The notes: generated from the sequence alone by a model not told the origin. DNA of 42,358 nt from Octopus bimaculoides (GCF_001194135.2 NC_068981.1:130320709-130363066); one strand, 5' to 3'. Counted from the first letter of the stretch, positions 12,351 to 24,513 are shown. Translations and numbers: made by a program.

Positions 12351-12854
12351 AGGTGTGCTGGTGCCATGTTAAAAGCATTTGTGCTGATGTCACATAAGCA
12401 GCATTTGTACCAGTGCCATATTAAAAGCATTCATGCTGGTGCCATGTAAAAAGCAAGCAGTACATTCTGTAAAATAGCTGGCATTAGGAAGGGCATTCAG
12501 CTGTAGAAACCAGGCCAAAACAGACAATTTGAAGTCTGGGCAGCTCCCCAGCTGGCCAGCTCCCCAGCTGGCCAGCTCCTGTCAAACCATCCAACTAATG
12601 CAAGCATGGAAAACAGATTTTAAATGATATTGTTGATGATGATGAAAATATGATAGAAATTTTACACATGTCTAGAAACCTTAATTTCAGAGAATCTGAA
12701 GTGATAGGATCTCACTTTTACAGCATTGATTCAATCAGGCTGGTTCTAATTATGGGCTTGCTGGATGAGTTTGAGACTGGTAACCTTTACTGACTGTGAA
12801 TCAATAATGCTAATTTATGGCCAAGAAATCCTAATTAATATTTTTCCTAGGTAT

Positions 12855-13051
12855 TTTTTAAAACATTTATACAGCACACACACACACATACGTTTATGTA
12901 TGCGTGTGAGTGTGTCTGTGTATACATACACACACACATGCATGCATGCACAGTTACATGCACAATTATATATAAATACATATGTGTGTGTATGTATATG
13001 TACAGATATTTATGTGTGTATTTGTGTTTGTGTATATATNNNNNNNNNNAC

Positions 13052-13082
<31 letters not shown>

Positions 13083-13190
13083 ATATATACAGACATATGC
13101 ATGTTCACACACATACACATATACATGTAGTATATATATATATATGTATACATATATATATACATATCATTGTATGTATGTGTAAATTAA
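12855..13190. repeat. Compound (CA/TA/TG) microsatellite with 10-N gap (13040-13049)
   Basis: Directly visible. A similar tract lies at ~13530-13755. Confidence 0.95.
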
Positions 13191-13639
13191 GTAATGAAAT
13201 TAATTCACTGTTTCAGGGAAGGAGATAATTTTATTTATCAGATTAAGAGGATTAATGTAATCTCTACATAGTCTACATTGGTTATAACAACTGTTGTAAT
13301 CGATTGTGATAATTATTTCTCGCCCCTCCTCCCACTTCCCTCCCATTATTATTAGTATTGTTATTGTCATTAAGGTAGTGAAGATGTCAAAGGAAGTTAG
13401 ACAGGCTCTTTTAGTGCTTTTAAGCATGTGACCAAGTACATGTTATTATCACTCTCTGTGACAAGCACACCAGCTTGCAGGAGAGAAGTACCATACATCT
13501 AATGGAAGAAGAAAACATATGGAGGGATGGATATGTATGTATGGCTGTGTGTGTATATATATATATATGTGTGTGTGTGTATATACATGTATGGTTGTGT
13601 ATATATATATATATGTGTGTGTGAATATATATGTATGGA

Positions 13640-13686
<47 letters not shown>

Positions 13687-13936
13687 CAAAGAATATATAT
13701 ACATGTATACACACATATATGTACATACTTACATCTACATGTGTATATATATGCATATCAGGGTACAGGACGTTAGAACAATAAACTACAGACAACGGAA
13801 CGAACACATAGGAAAACGGAAAGCCACTTGGAATATCCCTTCATCAGCTGTCTCTATTCTATCTAGACGTTTCGAAGATAAGACAGAAAGTACTCTAGAA
13901 TAGTCTCTTCCTGAGTAGTGGATCAACCCACTACAC

Positions 13937-14337
13937 NNNNNNNNNNNNNNNNNNNNNNNNNNNNNNNNNNNNNNNNNNNNNNNNNNNNNNNNNNNNNNNN
14001 NNNNNNNNNNNNNNNNNNNNNNNNNNNNNNNNNNNNNNNNNNNNNNNNNNNNNNNNNNNNNNNNNNNNNNNNNNNNNNNNNNNNNNNNNNNNNNNNNNNN
14101 NNNNNNNNNNNNNNNNNNNNNNNNNNNNNNNNNNNNNNNNNNNNNNNNNNNNNNNNNNNNNNNNNNNNNNNNNNNNNNNNNNNNNNNNNNNNNNNNNNNN
14201 NNNNNNNNNNNNNNNNNNNNNNNNNNNNNNNNNNNNNNNNNNNNNNNNNNNNNNNNNNNNNNNNNNNNNNNNNNNNNNNNNNNNNNNNNNNNNNNNNNNN
14301 NNNNNNNNNNNNNNNNNNNNNNNNNNNNNNNNNNNNG
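13937..14337. other. Assembly gap (401 N)
   Basis: N run. Other gaps are at 13040-13049, 14867-14876 and 36115-36124. Confidence 1.
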
Positions 14338-14620
14338 GAGGGAGGAAGTGGAACAAGGAGGAAGGGACAGAAGGGTATAGCAGTGAAATAGAGGCCAGGA
14401 CAGAGGGATAGATAGAAAGATAGGGGAAGACAGATAGATAAATAGATAGAGAGGGTGGTGGAGGGAGGAAGTGGAACAAGGAGGGAGGGACATAAGGGTA
14501 TAACAGTGAAGTAGAGGCCAGGGCAGAGGTATAGATAGAACGATAGAGGAAGACAGATAGATAAATAGATAGAAAGATAGATAGATAGATAGACAGATAG
14601 ATAGATAGATAGAAAGATAG
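14338..14620. repeat. Purine-rich ~123-bp minisatellite (about 2 visible units) grading into (GATA)n
   Basis: gagggaggaagtggaacaagg starts at 14338 and again at 14461. Confidence 0.85.
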
Positions 14621-14659
14621 AGTCACGTCAGAATAATAGTAGACTTACTTGCAAAAAAG

Positions 14660-14986
14660 GAATATATATATATATGTATGTATGTACGTGTATATGTATG
14701 TATGTATGTGTATATGTATGTATGTATGTGAATATGTATGTATGTATGTGAATATGTATGTATGTATGTGAATATGTATGTATGTATGTGAATATGTATG
14801 TATGTATGTGAATATATATGTATGTATGTGAATATATATGTATGGATGTATGTATGTGAATATATANNNNNNNNNNTGAATATATATGTATGGATGTATG
14901 TATGTGAATATATATGTATGGGTGTATGTATGTGTGTGCATATATATATGTATGTAAATATAGATGTATGTATGTGTATGTATGTA

Positions 14987-15044
<58 letters not shown>

Positions 15045-15271
15045 TATATGTCATCATCATCATCATTATCATCATCCTTTAACGTCCATTTTCCATGCTG
15101 GCATGGGTTGGATGGTTTAACTGAAAACTTGTAAGCTGGGGAACTGCACCAAGTTCCAATCTGTATGTTTGTATATATGCATGTATATGTATGTTGTATG
15201 TATATATGTATGTATATATGCATGTATATGTATATATATATATATTTATATGTATATATATATATGCATGT

Positions 15272-15324
<53 letters not shown>

Positions 15325-15330
15325 TATAAA
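14660..15330. repeat. Compound microsatellite (TATG)n/(TATGTGAATATG)n/(TA)n/(CA)n with embedded family C tail (~15050-15165, minus)
   Basis: Directly visible. Confidence 0.9.
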
Positions 15331-15835
15331 TACACAAATACATTTACTGTGCCAAAGGCTAGAGCAGTCCATTTAACCCAAATTTGTTCTGTGTGAATTG
15401 ATAGGCCCACAACCAGCATAGATAAGCTGGCAACAGCACAGTGAGGTTTTCATTCAGTGGTGGATTGAAAATGGCTACTTGGAATAGTTTTAAATGTATA
15501 TCATCATTATCATCACTTTAATTGCTGCTTTTCCATGCTTACATGTGTTGGATGAAATTTGTTGAGGCAGATTTTGCGCAACCAATTGCCCTTTTGATAC
15601 CTTGTATGTACCATCTTAATCAAGATCTTTATGTGGACGTTTTCTCAAATTATCCTTGATAGTCTTGCTCTTATGGGAAACTTTTCTTGTTGAAATTTTA
15701 CTCTTATATCTTTTGCTTTTGTTGACATTGTTTTAAATTGCATTTTGTGTATTTGTATCTCCCTTTCATTTTGCCAACAATGTCTTGGGCTCTGATGGCC
15801 AAAAACATTGTTGTTGTTGCTACTGCTGTCGGTGG

Positions 15836-16040
15836 TGGTGGCAAACAGAATGCTTAGCAGCATTTCTTCTGTCTCTTTACATTTCAGAGTTCAATTTCAC
15901 TGAGGTCAACTTTGCTTTTATCCTTTTGAGGTTGATAAAATAAGTATCAATTGAGCACTGGAGTCAATGTAATTGATTTACCCCTTCTCTAAAAAAATTG
16001 CTGGCCATGTGCCAAAATTTGAAACCATTATTATTATTAT
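15836..16040 (+). mobile_element. SINE family B (Deu/Nin-like core) abutting the terminal COG4 acceptor
   Basis: gagttcaatttcactgaggtcaactttgcttttatccttttgaggttgataaaataagtatcaattgagcactggagtcaatgtaat...gtgccaaaatttgaaacc followed by (att)n. Confidence 0.85.
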
Positions 16041-16057
16041 TTTTTTTTTTATTGCAG

Positions 16058-16100
16058 GGTTGACTTTCGGAGTGAAGATATCCGGCGGCTAAAGTTATAA
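16058..16100 (+). CDS. COG4: COG4 terminal coding exon with stop
   Basis: tttttattgcag|G completes the AG+G Arg codon from the phase-2 intron. It continues VDFRSEDIRRLKL*, matching the human C-terminus IDFRSEDIKRLRL*. Confidence 0.95.
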
Positions 16101-16157
16101 TTAATTTCATTTTCACAAGATATGTGTGAACAAGTCATGTAGATGTGTATGGGTTTG

Positions 16158-16160
<3 letters not shown>

Positions 16161-16214
<54 letters not shown>
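16161..16214 (+). repeat. (GT)27 microsatellite ~60 nt after the COG4 stop
   Basis: Directly visible. Confidence 0.95.
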
Positions 16215-16217
<3 letters not shown>

Positions 16218-16540
16218 CACATACATGCACACACACATATGTTAATATGGCCCTAAAGTAAGGGGTAACAGTTAGTTGGTGGCCATCCCTCTATATTTGC
16301 CTGTTTACATGTTGTCAGTCATTTACAGCAACACCTGCTACTACTATCTCCAGAATTATTATTTCATATATATATATGATATATATATATATATATATAT
16401 ATATTTAAAAGAAAAGAAAGAACACTGTTGTGTCTTAGCCAGATCCTTACAGAAATTTGATGCAGATTCCTCATGAGTAGAAATTAGGTCATAGTTGTGC
16501 TGTTATTGTTTCAGCTTGTTCTATTATTATTTCATGACCT

Positions 16541-16757
16541 ACAAGTGGCAAGCTGGTAGAATTATTAGTGAGTCAGATAAAATGTTTAATGGTATTTCTT
16601 CTGGCTCTTTACAGTCTGGGTTCAAATTCCTTCGCAGTTGACTTTGCCTTTCATCCTTTCGGGGGTTAATAAATAAAATAAGTAACAGTGGGGTTGGTGT
16701 AATCAATTTAGCCGCTCTTTTCAAAATTGCTAGCTTTGTGCCAAAATTTGAAACCAG
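16541..16757 (+). mobile_element. SINE family B with 13-bp TSD
   Basis: TSD TATTTCATGACCT at 16528-16540 and 16758-16770. Core gttgactttgcctttcatcctttcgggggtt. Confidence 0.92.
16668..16677 (+). promoter_or_regulatory. First canonical polyadenylation hexamers (AATAAA x2, overlapping) downstream of the COG4 stop
   Basis: I saw no AATAAA or ATTAAA between 16101 and 16667. Actual use is not demonstrated. Confidence 0.35.
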
Positions 16758-16801
16758 TATTTCATGACCTTGTGAGCAAATATAGGATATAGGACAGCAG
16801 G

Positions 16802-17023
16802 CCGTTTAGCTTTTCAGATTACTCTGTCAAATGTAATGCTTATTTATTCATATCAATTTGAATTAATTATGCATTATCTCATAGCTTCAAGATTTCAATG
16901 ATGTGATTGTTTATGTTTAGAATAACACTATTAGATAGGTATGGGATGCCAGATCTGGCCATTTTGAACATAAAACAGCTACAAATTTAGGACCTGATAC
17001 AGCTGGTTTAAATTGCTAAAGGG
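16802..17023. mobile_element. piggyBac-type MITE (reverse copy of the 6107 family)
   Basis: Right end TGCTAAAGGG + TTAA (17024-17027). The interior aligns by eye to the reverse complement of 6107-6321. Confidence 0.78.
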
Positions 17024-17029
17024 TTAATG

Positions 17030-17190
17030 CTGACAACTGTTTTTGGCGTTAGGAACAGCATCCAGCTGTAGAGACCATGCCAAATCAGACTGGAACCTGA
17101 TGCAGTCCTCTGGCTTACCAGTTCCAGTCAAACTGTCTAACCCATGTCAGCATGGAAAGCAGACATTAAATGATGATGATGATAATGAGG
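17030..17190 (+). mobile_element. Family C retroposon 3' part
   Basis: ttggcgttaggaacagcatccagctgtagagaccatgccaaatcag...aaatgatgatgatg. Confidence 0.82.
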
Positions 17191-17402
17191 ACAGCACATG
17201 TGACATTGTGAGATTTTTGCTGAGATTCTGAGTGTGGTAAATGTGTGAGTGAATGGGTGGGCAGTAATCATGAATCCTGGTTTATTGCAGTAGGAAGTGT
17301 GCAAATGCTTGGAACAAGTTCCACCCTGAAATATACAACTAAGGTTTATGTACTTAGTCCTTTTTATTTGAAAATCAGATGTATCCACTCAAATTTTCAT
17401 TA

Positions 17403-17600
17403 CCTTTAGCTGTAGAAAGCACCTTTCTAAACCAATCTATCTTTTGTTGAGGAATGTCATATTTGAAACTACTTTTTGTGAAGATATGTCAGGTTTGTTG
17501 AGGCAATGTGAGACTTATAGAAAATACCATTTCTATTTTTTGGTAGATATTTAACTTCATTACTGGAACTATCATGAAATTTAATTTCGCAGTTAAAGGG
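17403..17600. mobile_element. piggyBac-type MITE, third family (left end degraded)
   Basis: CCTTTAGCTG ... CAGTTAAAGGG + TTAA (17601-17604). Confidence 0.6.
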
Positions 17601-17789
17601 TTAAAAGAATTGAAATATTTGTCTTATAAAATATGACAGATATATATAATAAAAAATTTAGGAAAATAAGAAAATAATGTGCAGAACATGATAAAGAAAA
17701 AGCTAGAAGTAATACCTAATAATGAGGACTTAATAAAATTATTAACTTCATCTGGGGATTTTATAATATTGTCATTAACATAGATACCC

Positions 17790-18090
17790 TCAACTGATTG
17801 TCATGAGGTTGTTCTCCAACCTCTGATTCATAGACATAACTGGCTTCTTTCTGGTACATCTACTGCTACTTCAGTGACTTTAGCTCCTTGGAACTGGCTG
17901 TGGTCTCATGTCACATTCACTCAAGCACTCCTAACTCACACATCTTTCTTCTCATTAGCTCTTTTGTATCTGCTCCCCAGGTTTTATTGCTAAATGGCCT
18001 ATGTCCAGTTTTTTTTCCCCCCTAGAATGTTGTCCCTCTGGAATTTCCAGCCTGTAGCTATCAACTTGCAACTGTCGATGTGAAACATTA
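17790..18090 (+). mobile_element. Decayed CR1/L2-group LINE ORF2 C-terminal fragment
   Basis: Pieces translate as LQPLIHRH..ASFWYIYCYFSDFSSLELA...YVQFFFPPRMLSLWNFQP..INLQL. This resembles the recalled pattern LQxLxHRRxVASLCLFYRY..GxCSSELA...YxxSFFPRTxxLWNxLP. Confidence 0.6.
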
Positions 18091-19923
18091 CCCCCTCCCC
18101 CCCATTTTTTCATCAGTTTTACTTCTCTTGGAAGGGTGTGTGAAAAGGTCACAACACTTTCCTCCTAACCAAATCAATTAAAAATCTATATAAAAATGGG
18201 TAAGTGTTCAAACTGTAGGCTCCTTGATTGTGTTCAGATGTGTTATTAGTTATATGTTATTGGAGAAATTGAGAACAAGAAAGAGAAAAGGATGAAAGAA
18301 AGAATGAGTGAGGATTAAGAAGGAGAGAGAGGTCGGGGAGTACATGTTCTCATGAAACAATCAGAGTATTTGCCTATTGAAACACTGTAATTTAAACACA
18401 ATTTCAGCAAATTACATAATGAAGATGAATGAGGTTGAAGGTTGATACAAAAGTCAACCAGTTACTTTAGGTATAATTCGTTATCTCTAAAGTATTGAAG
18501 TGTAATATCTTAATGCAGAAATGAGTCCTGAAACACATTCAGTTGTTAGAACACCACTTGAAGATTTTGTATTTGTGCAGTATATTGGTGAAGGTGGGAA
18601 GGTGTATCAGCCAAGTAGAGCAGATCTCTAATCACATGTCACACTTTGAGGACTTAGAACTAAGCACTGCACAAAAGCTTAACAACTGTCAATTATATAT
18701 TGCTTCCACTGCTTATTTGTATGAGACACCCCACCCCATAATATAAATTGCTTGTTAAATGATTTGTTGTTATGTAACTCAGGCCAGCTCTGGTCAAACA
18801 GACCTAAGATTAAAGGTATTCTAACCATGACCATCCTGTCTTTTCTGACAATTTATATCAAAACTACATTATAAAATGAACCCTTTTCTTCTGTTAAAGA
18901 CATTTTTGGGGTTGATATAATAAGTAGCAGTTGAACACTGGAGTTGATGTAATCAACTTACTCCCACCCGCTGAAACTGCTGGCTTTGTGCCAAAATTTG
19001 AAACTAATATTATAACATTGGCTTATAATAACTATGATATGTGTTGCAGAAGCTGAGAAATATAGAAACTGTTGCATATGCTGTGGAAATTGTGACATGT
19101 TTCTCAGTAAGTGATGTTTGTGCTGAAATGACTGTGGTATGTATTGTGAGAACAGTTCTGTAGTAGCAGTAAGTCCCCATAGAAGTGAGTTGCAATCTAC
19201 ATTTAATCCCATTTAGGAATTATTTCACTTTAACATTGGGAAAGGCATAAACAATATAAACCCACAGGCTTCATTTTAATAATCTGGTCATTTTAAGTTT
19301 CCTAATTTTTTTCTAATTGGTTTGATTAGGAGGAAAGGGTTGTGATCTTTTCATAGACAATTTCCAAGACCAGTGAAATTGATGGGGTGGGGTTAATATT
19401 TCTCTTGCATACAATTACAAGTCCTTTCACAGTAAGGTTATTTAAAAGGAAAAACAACAAATCATTTCTCTTAATGTGTTGATTATTTTACCTTTTTTGT
19501 GTGTATGCAAATTTAGAAATTTGATTAACTTTATTTTTTTTTTTCATAAAATTCTTAAATATTCCCTTAAACTGATTTGGGGAATGAAGAGTTTCTTCAG
19601 CATCTTAGTATTTTCTTTGTCCTTTTCTTTTTTTTATACTGAGAGGAAATTACATCTGGTCAGAGAAGTTCAAGATGTTGGACCCTATGACTGCAACCTC
19701 AGTAGTTCAAAACTTTCAAAAAGCTATTCTGTTACAAAATCCATTTTATGTAAAGAAAAATATATGGCTTTTAAAAATAGCCAAAGGTCCATGGAGAACT
19801 GCATTTGGCTGTTTTTTAAAAGTCCATCTGAAGCACAGGAATTGGGTTGAGCTAATTTGAATGAGATGTGATTTGTATGGTTACGTCTCAGCACAAGGTC
19901 CCTAAAACTGACTTGGAGATTAA

Positions 19924-20160
19924 CCCTTTTGCTATCAACCTGCCTGAAACTGCTCTTGGTTCTGTGATATAAATTTCATATTTTGAAGTGATCTAACTTA
20001 AAACCTTCCATCAAAATTCCACTAAATTCATGTTCCAAACACATAAATTTATGTTCCAAACACCAACTTAATACTAAGTTAGTTTACCAAATTCTAATTA
20101 TTTTCAAACTTCATTTTAAAAAAAGCAGTATATTTCAACAGAAATATGGTAACAAAAGGG
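19924..20160. mobile_element. piggyBac-type MITE (same family as 4174)
   Basis: TTAA at 19920-19923 and 20161-20164. TIRs CCCTTTTGCTATC / GGTAACAAAAGGG. Confidence 0.87.
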
Positions 20161-20288
20161 TTAAGGGGTTCTTGGGTGCTATAGTGTTTTCCCTATTCAT
20201 TTATTTTTACTGAAAGGAAGTTTGGCTGGTGCTTCCCTAGCATTTATTTGGCAGGAAATACTAGAGTGGAAGAATATGCTTGGAGAAT

Positions 20289-20686
20289 TCTTTTATTCTT
20301 GTATTAGTTTCAGTCATTTGATTGTGGCCATGCTGGAGCACCGTCTTAAAGGGTTTTATTCGAACAAATCAGCCCCTGGACTTGCTCTTTGTAAGCCTAG
20401 TACTTATTCTATTGGTCTATTTTGCTGAACCACTAAGTTGTGGGGATGTAAACACACCAACATCGGTTGTCAAGAGATGATGTGGGGACAGATACAGACA
20501 CAAAGACATATACATAAATATTTCCACATATATACAAAACAGGCTTCTTTCAGTTTCCCTCTATTAAATCCATTTGGACCAAGGCTATAGTAGAAGACAC
20601 TTGCCCAAGGTACCATGCAGTGGGACTGAACTGAAAACCATGTGGTTGGGAAGCAAGTTTCTTACCACACAGCCATGCCTGTGCCT
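20289..20686 (-). mobile_element. SINE family A
   Basis: Full-length reverse copy. Confidence 0.88.
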
Positions 20687-21870
20687 GTTGATATATTTTG
20701 GGATCTAGTTTGGTGCATTGGATTTTTCAATTCAGATACCATCAGCCATTTCTTTGGAGCTAGAAAAATAATTTACTTATATGTTTAAGTTAATCATTTC
20801 ATGAATGAAGTTGCTGTTGTTGTTTAATGTCAGTTAAGCCCTGACCAAGCAAGTCTATAGTTAAAAGATGTACCAACTGTGACAGTCTCATCTTTTTGAT
20901 TAATTTTTGGGGTCATGAATTTAAATACCTTACAAGTGTTTAGGGGACAGGATACTTATTTCTGTATATCCCTGTTTAGCTAGCCATGGAAAATGGGTAC
21001 TGTTTTTTCTTTCTTTGTAAAGCAGGGGCACACCTGCCATAAATAGTCTTTATAAATAGTCTAATCTGTCCTTATAAATAATCTAATAAGTAGTCAAGTC
21101 TGCCCTTACATTATTTTTTTTTTTAATATTTGGGTGTAATTTTATCAAGATTTGGGTGCTATTTCTATCAGTTCAAGCAATCATTTAGAAGCTCCCTTTT
21201 TTTTAGCTCATGAATCAGCTGGATCCATATGATAAGTGACTAACTTTTGAATGGGTTACTATTGTAGGTACTCTAGCTGCCCCAATTTCTCAAAATGATA
21301 ATAGTAATAATAGCACCAATTTCCCACTACTAGTTGAATTAAGATACATAAAACTAAAACTATTAGGGGGTTTAAGCTCATGAATTGTTAGTTTGAGGTC
21401 TAATATCTTATTAACTCAGCTATTTTATCTCAACTTGTAATTCCCTTGCAGGCTATAGTTTGCCATATCGTGAAAAAAACCCCCAAAAAAACTTGTAATT
21501 TAGTTAGAATTTTATCCCATAAAGAACAAACACAAGGTGTTGGGTATTTTAGAGTTTGTTACCATGGAGCTACTGAACTTAGTGTTGATTCTTTTGTAAT
21601 TGCAAAATCTTGTATCTTATTGATTAGTTCTCTGGTTGGTTGTGAATTAGATCTACAGGCATTTTCTTATTGCTAATTAGCCTTCTCTATTGTCTTACTC
21701 TCCGATATAAGTCCCTGATTGTTGTCAATGAAACATGCATTATATTTCTTGTCGATTAGAACCTTTTACCAATAACTAATTATAATTGATTAAGTATGCT
21801 ACTAGTGTCTTGTACAGTACAAATGCTGTTTTAATTTAACTGTATCCTTTAACTGTATCCTTTAACTGTA

Positions 21871-22257
21871 TCTCTTTATCTTTTACCTGCTTTAGTTATT
21901 GGACTGTGGCAATACTGGGGCACTGCTTTGAAGGGCTTGGTCAACAAATCAATCCCAGTTCTTCTTTTTTTTTTTAAGTCTGATACTTATTCTATTAATT
22001 CCTTTAGTTGAACTGCTAGGTTATTGGGCCATAAACAAACCAACACCAGTTGTCAAATGGTAAAGGACACACACACACACACACACACACAGAATGTGTG
22101 ATGTTCTTCCACACAGTTCTGTCTATCAAATTCACTGAAGGCATTGGTCAGCTTGAGACTATAGTACAAAACACCCAAAGTGCTGTGAAGTGAGATTGAA
22201 CCTGAAACCAAGTGGTTACAAAGCAGTCTTCTTAACCACACATCCATGCTTGCACCT
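21871..22257 (-). mobile_element. SINE family A
   Basis: Full-length, more diverged reverse copy. Confidence 0.85.
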
Positions 22258-22821
22258 ATGATGTTAATACATAGACTATATTTTATGACAGCTGTACAGT
22301 TCTTCACAACAATCTTATGTGGTTGTTGTGGAGGTTTCTTAGTCCTCAGCGACCCTGATTCAGCAGGTCTGTAATCACAGACATTCCTGACATAGCCATC
22401 AAACCATCACACCTGTTTTGTCTCCCTTTCTAGGTTACTGTATCATTAACCTCTCTATCCTTCCCTTTTTTTTTTTAAGGCAATAGAATATGATATGACA
22501 GAGATTTGACTACTTTCTGGTTTACAAACAGGTCAAACAACTATAGAGACTCTCACATGAGTTCTGCTGCTTTTCAAAAGGCCTGTATTTCATCCCCTTA
22601 ATTTTTAACACTAACATTTTCAGGAAATCAATAACTTGATATTTCTTCTAAAAGGACTGGTTAATTTATATAACATGAAATATTATTAACAAAAGGTATC
22701 TTTCACTGAGAGTTTTCTATGCAATGTTGCTATTACTGTCCAGAACCATATAGTTCCATGGGGACTAATTTGGTTTACTATACTATTTAATTAGTTCGTG
22801 TGTGTCTGTGTGTGTTATGTA

Positions 22822-22890
<69 letters not shown>

Positions 22891-23127
22891 CTGAGATGGA
22901 AAATTTTTTTTCCAAACTATCAACAGATAACTGTCAATCTACCATAATATACACCCCTATGGGGTAGGGAGTACTATATGGTTTTACTTCTCCTATTTGT
23001 TTTTGTTGAGGATGAGTGATTTGTAAATATCATAACATGGGACAGATAAATAAAATTATCTTTTGTACAAAGAATGTTTTCTTGTTTTTTTATTTTTAAT
23101 CTTTTTTTTCGTTTTGTTTGTTTAAAG

Positions 23128-23631
23128 TTTTGGTTTTCAACCATTTGGATCCTTTTGATTCCTATTTTACTCTACTGGACCCCAATAAACATTTGATGTT
23201 TAAAAAAAGTCCCATTATATTTTTATGATGATTAAGTATTATTCTCCTTATATAATTAAATTAAGGCGACAAGCTGCTAATCCATTAGCACATTGGACGA
23301 AATGCTTAACAGCATTTCATCTGTTTTCATGTTCTACACTCAAATTTTGCTGAGGTCAACTTTGTCTTTCATCCTTTCAGGGTTGATAGCTTAAGTACCA
23401 ATTACTAGATTAAGTACCATTTGTAATCAACTAGTCCCCTGCCTCCAAATTTCAGGCCTTGTGCCTATAGTAGAAAGGATTATTATATAATTAAGTGTTA
23501 TTGAGGAATTGTGTGAAAAATTAAAATATTTTGGGAATAGTAGAAATATAACCAATTTATTGCACAAATTTTTACACCAAAATCTCATACGGACCCCCAA
23601 GGGTCATGCGGAACCCAGTTGAGAACCACTG
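23128..23631. mobile_element. hAT-type MITE with nested SINE
   Basis: 8-bp TSD GTTTAAAG at 23120-23127 and 23632-23639. Right TIR GTTGAGAACCACTG, left TIR degraded (ttttggttttcaacc). Confidence 0.85.
23260..23482 (+). mobile_element. SINE family B nested in hAT MITE
   Basis: 12-bp TSD TTATATAATTAA at 23248-23259 and 23483-23494. Head aaggcgacaagctg, core gaggtcaactttgtctttcatcctttcagggttgat. Confidence 0.88.
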
Positions 23632-23699
23632 GTTTAAAGTTTCTCTTGATGGTTGTTGTGGTTATTGTGTAACTCCAGGATGTAGTCAGCTGCACACAC

Positions 23700-23950
23700 A
23701 CATGAAGGCATGTGGCCTAGTGGTTTGGGTGTTGCACTCTCAGTCGCAAAATCATGATTTTACTCTCCACAACTGGCAATGCATTGTGTTCTTCAGCGCA
23801 ACACTCTGTCAGTTCTTCAGCTGTAAATAGATAACCCTGTGACAGACTGATGTTCCATTCATGGGGAATGTAGGCCTACCCACCCATCCAGTGGAGTGGC
23901 ATCATTTCAAAACTACAATGTAAAGAAGTGCATTGGGACTAGTGGTGTAT
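23700..23950 (+). mobile_element. Old tRNA-derived SINE, distinct family (possible V-domain-like body)
   Basis: A-box-like TGGCCTAGTGG near 23713. Body ccctgtgacagactgatgttccattcatgggg resembles the recalled V-SINE core. Confidence 0.5.
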
Positions 23951-23952
23951 AA

Positions 23953-24005
<53 letters not shown>

Positions 24006-24045
24006 CGCATACATTGTAAAGTAGATGGCAAATTGAACAAAGATA

Positions 24046-24109
<64 letters not shown>

Positions 24110-24110
<1 letters not shown>

Positions 24111-24470
24111 TCACTTACTTGTCATTAGATTGTGGCCATGCTGGGGTGCCACTTTGATGAATTTTAGTCAAATGAATTGATCCCAGTACTTATTTTTTTT
24201 TAGCTTGGTACTTATTCTATTGGTCTTGCTGGACCACTTAGTTACAAGGATGTAAACAAACCAACAGTAGTTGTCAAGCATTGGCGGAGGATAAATACAG
24301 ATACATATATACACAACAGCCTTTCAGTTTCCATCTACCAGATCCACTCACAAGGATTTGGTTGGCTTGAGACTATAGTAGAAGACTCTTGCCCATGGTG
24401 CCATACAGTAGGACTGAACTCAGAACCGTGTGGTTGCAAAGCAAACCTTGTACCACACAGCTACATCTAT
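24110..24470 (-). mobile_element. SINE family A
   Basis: Reverse copy preceded by (CA)n/(TA)n. Confidence 0.87.
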
Positions 24471-24513
24471 TGTTTCTATCCAGATATCTTTATTGGTGTT
24501 TTTGATTAACATC

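Noticed and set aside
12765-15396. Many 60-235 aa ORFs rich in Y/I/H/T/C/V/M
   Set aside because: They are translations of (TA)n/(CA)n/(TG)n microsatellites or run through N gaps. The same applies to ORFs at 27200-27484 and 33220-33772.
18521-18631. Kinase-like glycine loop (PLEDFVFVQYIGEGGKVY)
   Set aside because: The GxGxxG motif is incomplete, no VAIK lysine follows, stops flank it, and there are no convincing splice sites. It is probably chance. BLASTX of 18400-18750 would settle it.
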